From Eledone cirrhosa (Eukaryota): a stretch of 64,000 bases of DNA. Below the pieces are notes generated by a model. The model saw only the letters and a program-made list of their open reading frames with translations. It did no database searches and was not told where the DNA came from. Shown here in pieces: positions 55,513-64,000 of this stretch. The position numbers were made by a program, and so were the translations under genes. Every line of letters begins with the position of its first letter. The stretch's first letter is position 1. The stretch covers positions 135,656,001 through 135,720,000 of the forward strand of contig OZ024741.1 of NCBI GenBank assembly GCA_964016885.1, read 5' to 3'.

Positions 55513-55698
55513 CTTCCTCTACTTATCTCCCTTTCTCTCACTTGATTTTCTCTCTCTCTCTCCCCCTCTCTCTCTCTCTCTTTCTTCTCTTTCTCTCTCT
55601 AAAAGAAACCGGCTGTACTAAGACCTGTATATTGATGAATAATATATTGAGCATTTCATTAAAGAAGTTGCTTTTTTTAAAATAATGGTAGCGTCCAA

Positions 55699-55910
55699 TC
55701 TTCTTCTTCTTCTTCTTCTTCTTCTTCTTCTTGGAATTTTCGTGGGAGCAGAGACCTAAACAATCCTTCCAGGGGATCCTATCAAAATGATTTGTCTCCA
55801 AATGGTCCGGCTGGATTCCCAGGTGAGACCGGCCGAGTTTATAGATGTTATCCAACCAACTTGATCAGGGTCTAGCCCTAGGTCTCCACCCGGCTGATTT
55901 TGTCCGTAAA
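55699..55910 (-). mobile_element. RTE-clade 3' end with (GAA)n tail
   Basis: GRPRARP...WLDNIYKLGRSHLGIQ, similar to 17690-17830. Confidence 0.75.
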
Positions 55911-56166
55911 ATATATACAGATGGGGAGAGCTTATTTGTTTCATCTATTAGCAAACTTTACTTTTTTACGTTCAGTTCACGTTTATCGAGCAACTTAAAC
56001 ACACGTGGTCGCAATCGACGGAGGTCCAGTCTCCAACAAACAGCAACCAATTGTATGCTGTACATTTTTCTGGTCTTCTCGTTACACGGAACTTCACTGA
56101 TATGCGCTATTTATCGATTTCATGACATAGATTGGCATCAGAATTACTCCATGTTTTCTCACTCAC

Positions 56167-56261
56167 AGATCCATAATGAAACACTAGTCCATAAGTAAAT
56201 ATTATCGTCTGCTTCTTTCATTGTTCCTATCTTCTTATGAACGCATCAAAGATGTCGGCAG
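56167..56261 (-). other. Possible isolated exon
   Basis: Acceptor TTTTTTCCAG and donor GTGAGT, with an internal ATG giving MKEADDNIYLWTSVSLWI. No recognisable homology. Confidence 0.2.
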
Positions 56262-57309
56262 CTGGAAAAAATACTGTTATTAAATTCTTCTAAAATGTAT
56301 AAGAGACCCCTATTGAAAATATATGTGAACACTGTTTACCAGGGAATAAAATAGAGTCATGTTGATTCTTCATGAACAATACTGACTTTCATTCTAGCTG
56401 TCTTTCTCCCTCGCCCCTTCTCTTTCCCTTCACATCACTCTCCCTCTCTCCCTCTCTCTATTTGGACACTCAATTTATACATTGTTTGCTGACCGACCAG
56501 TAATTATTGTAAGCAGGGCAACGTCAGATTTGCTATATATTTATGGATGTATATATGTGTGTGTGTGTGTGTATAGATACATACACACACATATATATAT
56601 ATAAACAGTTTCCGCTTAACAAATTCCACTGGCTAGCCTACAAATTGTTCGATTGAAGGCTATAACAGACACTCACCAGTGCAGTGGGCTCCAACTGGAA
56701 ACCTCATGCCTGGGAACCAAATATCGTAACCACACAGCCATGACAATGCATGACGTCATAGATGTACCTCAACGGAGTGATAACTCTCTAGTTGAAATAA
56801 GAGGCAGCATATTTACTTATGGAAGTAGATGAATGCAAAGCTTGCAAAATGTTTACCAGTCATGCATACTTCACAAATTTACAAATATGTATTGGTTACA
56901 TATACTTTGGAAATTTGCAAACCTGTACTGGTTAAGTGTACATAGCACATTATCAAATATGTAACGATTATAAAAATAGGTACGCCCCCACTCCCCCTAG
57001 AAAACACACACACAAAGACAAACAAACAAACCTCATGTTTTCTGTTAGAAATAATGGAGGGCAGTGCATAGAATCTAAATATCAACCGATATCTAGCTGT
57101 GTTGCATATTTTCTAAATTTGCATGATCTAGACTATATTATAAAAGAGCAGAAGCACATGAATGTATATATATAATCACACATGCATAACTATATATTCA
57201 CATACATTCACATTTGCATGCATACATTTATGTGTACATCTATGTATAGATCTAAGCATACATCTATGTATACACATATGCATATTTATCGACACACACA
57301 TACACACAT

Positions 57310-57377
<68 letters not shown>

Positions 57378-57861
57378 GTGTGTGTGTGTGTACACAAAAC
57401 AACATTATAGGTTCATTGTTTCTACGAAGTAAATATAAAAATGCATTGAAAATAACATGTACAGTCAATATATAATGGCCGACTCTTCCTTTATCAGGAG
57501 CTCTGTTGCACTTCTCTAATACAGTAACACTGCTCTGATAGTACGTTTGTTCTGTTGATAACTACAAGTCGAACCGGAAACACATTCATGGTCTCACTCT
57601 CTTTATTGTAGCAATGAAAACTGGCAAACATACTATCATCACTTAACCATCTAACCATTTAGATTTCTGCATGAAGTCATATAAGCACACGCACACACAC
57701 ACATATTTGTATGTATGTATGTATGTATGCATGTATGTATGTGTGTATGTGTGTATGTATGTATGTGTGCGTGCGAATATCTATAAGCAAATATAAATGT
57801 TTATGCAATGTGCGTGATATCGCGTTTATGCCTAAATGTATATCCACACACACAAACAAAC

Positions 57862-57963
<102 letters not shown>

Positions 57964-58002
57964 AATTTATATACATAAATCTAAATCTATCTATCTATCT
58001 GT

Positions 58003-58090
<88 letters not shown>

Positions 58091-58328
58091 ACCCTCAATC
58101 TAGCTGTCGTCTGTTCTACAGTGTGGATGTAATTCACTTCGCGCAGAAGTTTTGTTCAAATTTATTGAGGAAATTTTGTGAGTTCAAACTTAATTTTGAT
58201 ACAATTGTGTAGCTTGACCCCCCGTCTGAACTGCCAGGCGGTGGGTCAGCTCATCTTTACCCCTCCTAGAGGTGAAAAACCGGTTTTAAAAAATTTTGTG
58301 GCAAAAAAATTTCAATCGTCTAACAGAA

Positions 58329-60231
58329 ATGTTAAACGCAGCGAACGAAAATAGTGGTGGGGGGACAGCGGTAAGAGTTGTAAGCTCGCACGCTTTAGTC
58401 CCCCCTTCCTTCCCAACTAACGTCATAGAGAAGGAAGGAAAAATTAAAATAAAAACAGACGAATCTGCGGAGAAAAAAAATGACGAAAACACAAATCTGG
58501 ACATGGATTCCAACAACGAAAAAAAAAAAATTGGAAAAATTGCATGACAATACTAATAACACAAACAAAGACACAACAAACACAAAAATAACATTTGAAA
58601 ATAACACCATAACAGAAAGCAAAGCAGACGACAAGATTTCATTTGCACAGAAAACAAAGAAATCTTTGACTTATATACCGGAAAATATTTCAGATGTGGC
58701 ACGAAGGATCACAGACGCCAAACAATACATAAGTGAAGGAGAGAATGGTATTTTATCGGTAAAAATGCCTCAAGAATTCACCAAAGACATTGAAAGCCGA
58801 ACGGTCAAGTTTCGGACCATCAACAACAGTACAAAAAAACCTGAACAGCCTTCTCAAGCAGATATCAAAACAGTACTCACAGAAGTACTTAATGAAACCA
58901 CTTTCATAAGAAAAGACAGACTGTATGGAAGCCTAGCAATTATCATGAAGAACGAATCGGCGGCAAAAAAATGTGCTTTGTCACCGATTCGTTCGAAAAA
59001 ATTTACCTTTTATCCATCTTATATGGGTAAAAGAACTCAACGCATATGGCTGGATGCAATGATGCCAGATGTGGACTACTGCTGGCTCATAGCTGGCTTC
59101 ATCGATCCAGTGAATGACAACGTGATTTCCATTGGGAAAACCACAGGCAATGCGTTCAGTGGAACAGGTATAGAGCTGGTAGTGCAAATGAAGCCTGAAC
59201 GCATCGCCCAAATACCCGACAGAATCCTATTAGAGGACCACGGGTATATAAACATTAGCGTGGAGGGGAGAAGGCCGTCCTGCCATATATGTGCAGGCAG
59301 AGGGCACCTGAAGGCCGCTTGTCCCCAACTCAACAAAAAGAAAACCCTGCTACCAACACCAGCTCCACCACCACCACCACCACAACAGATAAACAAACAA
59401 CAAAACTCAGTCCCACCCAACCCGTCCCTCAGTAAAACCACAACACCACCACAACACAAACAGTCACAACACATTACCCCAAAACAAAATACAGGCCCAC
59501 CCAACCTCTCACTCAATAAAACAACACAACCACCGCAGAGACAACACACAACACAGTCTAACATAGTGACATCCATCTCCCCCACAAAGAAAACCAACAC
59601 GGAAACATTACCAGCAAACATACCTCTTCCCTCCAACACTGAAGATAACCCAACGAATTCGGAGGAAGAAACGGAGTCCTTCAGACAGATTAAAAGGAAA
59701 AAAAGAAAACATGTGCAAAACACACAAGGCCAAACAACCCCCACCCAAATCTCAACACAATCCAACAAAACAGAAAACACCCCTCCAGCAACAAACAAAA
59801 CCAAACCTGCCCCTCCCCTCTTCGAAACACTCACACCATCCGAAAAAAAGACATTACCCTATACTTACATCAACAGAAACAATAATAAATTAAATGAACT
59901 CATATACAATAATCCTTCGGTACAAACCGAAGGTGTAAACTTTGTTTCGTCAGAAAACTACCCACATTTAAAATTAATAAAGATCCCAATGAACCTCTAC
60001 CAAAAACTAAAAGAGGATTTTAAAGAGGACGTAGGACCACCCTCTGTCAAACCCATAAACCGCGTCCTACTAAAAAGCTTTCCCCCTCCCCTTCCCCTCC
60101 CCAACACAACTCCAAACACCCCAACCCCACCACACACTGACGACCCCACACCACCACAAGACACCCCTTCACCCAACACCCCCGACCCCATGGAAGTCGT
60201 GCAACCCGAACCCCGGGAAGCGGAAAGGTAG
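58329..60231 (+). CDS. LINE ORF1 (gag-like, CCHC knuckle, P/T/Q-rich tail)
   Basis: CHICAGRGHLKAAC. The probable start is ATG 58329 with a frameshift in the A12 run at 58519-58530. Confidence 0.8.
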
Positions 60232-60264
60232 GTCTCTACACTCTCCTTTGGCTCTGCCGCCCAC

Positions 60265-63200
60265 ATGGATGTGTTAAGAGTAGGATGTTTGAATGCACGT
60301 GGCCTGGGCTCAACTTGTAAGCAAGCAAAGCTTCTAAATGACCTCAGGTCATGTAGTATAAATGTAATGGTTATCTGTGAGACTCGAATCAGCGTCGTGC
60401 GGCAGCTGGCCCCCACCTTCGATGACTTTGAGGTGCATGCATCTCTCTGTCAACCTGGAGGTGGGGGTGGGGTTGTCGTACTGCTGCAAAAACACCTGGG
60501 TCTTGCCGTACAGGTTGTGCACTCGAACCCGGAGGGTCGTTTGTTGGTGCTAGACGTTGGCAGTAGTGAAAGTGCGGCCTTGAGACTGGTCGCCGTCTAC
60601 TCCCCTTTCGGAGCTGAACGGCCAGACTTCTTCCAGCGTTTGGAGACTTTTCTGGGAACGTCGTGTTCACTTCTTCTAGCGGGGGATTGGAATGACATCC
60701 TAGATGCACGTTGGGACTATGCAGGAGCATGTCCTAATAGAGGGGGGTGTAACAGCCTCAAGGGGTTACTCGACCGTTTTAACTTGGTCGATAGATATCG
60801 ACTAGATTTGCCAACTGTGCCTACCTGGACTTGGAGAAACCACAGTGGTCAATCTAGATCGTACTTAGATAGATTCTTAGTTAGAAGTAAGGATAGGGAC
60901 ATTAAGCTGTCCAGAAATGCGCACGGTTGGCTACACGGATCACAAATTAGTGACCTGCGTGGTCAATCTCGAGAAAACACATAGACAGGGTCCCGGTTAC
61001 TGGAAACTTAATTTGTCTTTACCGGCAAAAGAGACTTACAGAAACCGGATTAGCAGATTAGTTAAGGAGAAGTTGACGGGTGCAATCGTCAACAACCGAT
61101 GGTGGGCATCTCTCAAAGGAGAGATTAGAACAGAATCAATAAGTTATAGCAAGATGTTAGCTGCCGATAGGAATAGAAACGAGAAAGAATTAACAGGTAA
61201 ATTAGAAGAGGCAATCAAGAGCGAAGATGTGGCCAGAGTGCTGGCATCGAGGACGGCCTTGAACCAGTTTTTCGATGCAAAGCACGAAGGCTGCGTCATT
61301 CGAAGTAAAATACGTGCTCTAGGTAATGAGGGGGCCAAAGCCGTTGGCTGGGCCCGCGTGACAGAAGCTAAGAGTGGAAATCGATCCACCATCCGGTCGT
61401 TGCAAGACGAAGATGGACGGGTGATCCGGGAGCCTAAGCAGATGTGCGAGGCCTTTCAAAGGCACTTTGCCTGATTGTTCGGGGGAGGCGGGGGTCCGGG
61501 CGGGGGCGTGGATTTCGGTCCATACCTCGAAGGCCTGCCGCGTCTCTCGAGCGAAGAGGCAGAGTCCTGCGAGGGACCAATCTCGGCTGATGAGATCGGA
61601 GATGCGCTGAGCCAATGCAGCAGACGCAAATCTCCAGGTCTCGATGGTATACCTTACGAACTTTATTTAGCAATGCCGGTCTTCTTCTCCGAACTCCTCG
61701 AAGCGGTCTACTGCAATTGGCAGCAGAACGGGAGAATTCCTTGTTCTGTAGCCAAGGGCGTAGTCACGCTGGTGAGGAAGGACGAGAACAAGGGAGATAG
61801 TATAAATAATTTTCGGCCCATAACCCTGCTAAACACAGAGTTAAAGATTTTGGCCAAGGTGTTAGCAAAGAGGTTGGCGCTTGTCGTGGGTGGCCTGGTG
61901 GGAGATGCGCAGACATGTGCTATCCCATCCAGGTCCATTCACGATAACCTCCACCTCATGCGATACATCATAGAGAGGGTTGGCAACAAACCCGGCTTCG
62001 GTGGGGCCCTGATCAACTTGGATCAGTCTAAGGCCTTCGATAGGGTCGACCATGGTTACTTGGATGCGGTGCTAGCGGCGGCTGGGTTCGGTCCTGTTTT
62101 CAGAGGCTGGATCACTGCCTTACATAGCAACCACATCTGTTCTAGGATCAAGGTGAACGGCTACCTTTCGAAGCCGTTCGAAATCACACGATCCATTCGA
62201 CAGGGGTGCCCTCTCTCCTCCCTTCTGTACGTATTGACTCTCGAGCCTTTACTGAGGAAGTTGGAGTCGTTGCAGGGTATCCCCCTGGAACCAGGATTGA
62301 GCAAAGCGGTGTCGGCCTACGCCGATGACGTAACAGTAATGGTATCGACCGACTCGGAGACCGAGGCGATCGGTACCTCACTGGAGGAGTACGAAAGGTT
62401 GTCAGGAGAGAAACTGAACCGGGAAAAATCCATCGGGCTGCAACTCGGAACGTGGAGAGGCAGACCGATGCCTCCTGACGGTGCCGTCGGACACTGGACG
62501 GAGGGCCCGGTAAAGTTGCTTGGGGTCTGGTTTGGACCGGACCTCCAGGTGGAAAAGAACTGGAACGAGGTTACGAACAAGGTGTTTGCACTAACCCAGA
62601 AATGGGCCAAGTGTAAGCTGTCCCTAAAAGGCCGGGCGGAGGTGGCGAACATTTACATAGCGTCCGTCACTTACTACCGCCTGACTGTCGTGCCTTGCCC
62701 TAAGGAAACACTCACCACCATGGAACGCATGCTCTTCCAATTTCTTTGGAAGAAGCGCCCTCCTATGGTGAGAAGATCCATCTGCTGCCAACAACCTTCG
62801 AAAGGAGGGCTGGGGATGCCGTGGTTGATGGTGCGTAGGCACGCATTAAGGCTAAGGCACCTACAGGTATTCCTCACTGGTCAACCGGTGTGGGCTCCGT
62901 TCGTGAAACGAGCCTTTCCGAGACTCGTCTCGCTCACCGAGCTACAGTCCTGCGTCAAGCAAAGATCCGGAAAACTGGGAGACTGGCACACTGAGTGTGC
63001 TCAGGCGCTCAGGGCTCTCTGGCAAGCGGGCCGGGCCATCGGTGGAGAATCCACCTCATCATTCTATAGAGGGCTGGTGGCTAGCAGGGGCGATGACACC
63101 CTTGGAGAGTCGCTGGACATGGAAGAAGACGAACTGGCCAGCCTGTTCGGTAGGACTTTCGGCCCAGGACCAATGGACAACTTCCAGAAGTCACTGGCCT

Positions 63201-63712
63201 GGCAGTGCTACCGGGGGGCTCTACCCGTTCGAGAGAGGCTCTACAGACACGGGCGCCCGGGCAGGGATCCCTCAAAAAAGATTTTCCCTAGATGCGTGCG
63301 TCACGAAGAAACCGTTGCGCACTCATTGGTGCAATGTCCGGGCGTGGCTGATCTGTGGGGCTACGCCGAACGACTGCTGTCGCGGGTGGCGCCGATTAAA
63401 TTGACCGCCGAGTCAGTGATGACAATCAAACCGCCTCCCCTCTTCACAAAGGAAGCAAAGGCGGTATTTCTGTGCGTAATAGCCATGTTGAAAGAGGTTG
63501 TTTGGTGGACACGATTGAAAGGTCTGAGGTCAGGCAACTTCCTCTCTGGCCATAGTCTGGTCTACTTCTTCCGATATCACTTCGGAAGAAGGATAAGAAT
63601 GGAGAGAGAGGTGCTTGGCCACAGGCAGTTTTATGAAAGGTGGGTGATAGTGGCGAGAATGGCTCGTGTAAGTGGGCCTTCTCTGTATACCATCCTGTGG
63701 GTAAAGAAGTAA
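60265..63712 (+). pseudogene. LINE ORF2 (APE endonuclease + RT + Zn finger), one frameshift (~60900) and one TGA (61472-61474)
   Basis: LNARGL, CETR, GDWN, YLDRF, TDH; SPGLDG, FRPITLLN, DQSKAFD, QGCPLS, YADD; PRC...ETVAHSLVQC. Confidence 0.93.
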
Positions 63713-63944
63713 AGGAGAGGGGAGCACCTTCTCCATGTGCTCCCCGGGCAAAGGATTGCACACTTTTTCGGGGGTGTGTGCAACCCCCATCACGTCCCCT
63801 CCCTTTTGAGGTTATTTTCGATTATTTTTATGTTACACCCTTTTTACTCGATTATATGTAAACTCCCCCTTTGTATTTGTCCCTTCTTTTTATGCCTTTA
63901 TGGTAAATAAAGAAATATATCTATCTATCATTACCCCCCCCCAC

Positions 63945-63975
<31 letters not shown>

Positions 63976-64000
63976 CAGTATATATATATGTATAAATGGA

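Larger units (their letters stand above)
58091..63915 (+). mobile_element. Near full-length Tx1/L1-clade LINE
   Basis: 5' UTR, ORF1, ORF2 and AATAAA at 63906-63911. Flanked by (TCTA)n upstream and TATCTATCTATC downstream. Confidence 0.93.

Overview
AT-rich, microsatellite-dense eukaryotic (animal) DNA. The tRNA-derived SINE family present resembles those of octopod cephalopods, but that assignment is an inference. No host gene could be confidently identified. The window is almost entirely mobile DNA: a near full-length Tx1/L1-clade LINE (58.1-63.9 kb) sitting in (TATC)n, three tandem R4/Dong-like restriction-like endonuclease (RLE) LINEs in (TAA)n (48.3-54.4 kb), several Penelope-like element (PLE) remnants with RT and GIY-YIG domains, RTE and CRE fragments, SINEs with target-site duplications (TSDs), a hAT MITE and Helitron-like non-autonomous elements. 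The main unannotated signal is a set of about 12 minimal type-I hammerhead ribozyme (HHR) motifs from at least 8 sequence families. They lie in short PLE 3'-end cassettes inserted into (TA)n tracts. These cassettes repeatedly form head-to-head inverted structures with both 3' ends facing outward. One family carries a compensatory U3-A8 catalytic core, and tiny inserts elsewhere begin at a predicted HHR cleavage site. Most short ORFs in the ORF track are microsatellite artefacts. Family letters A-G are my own working labels.
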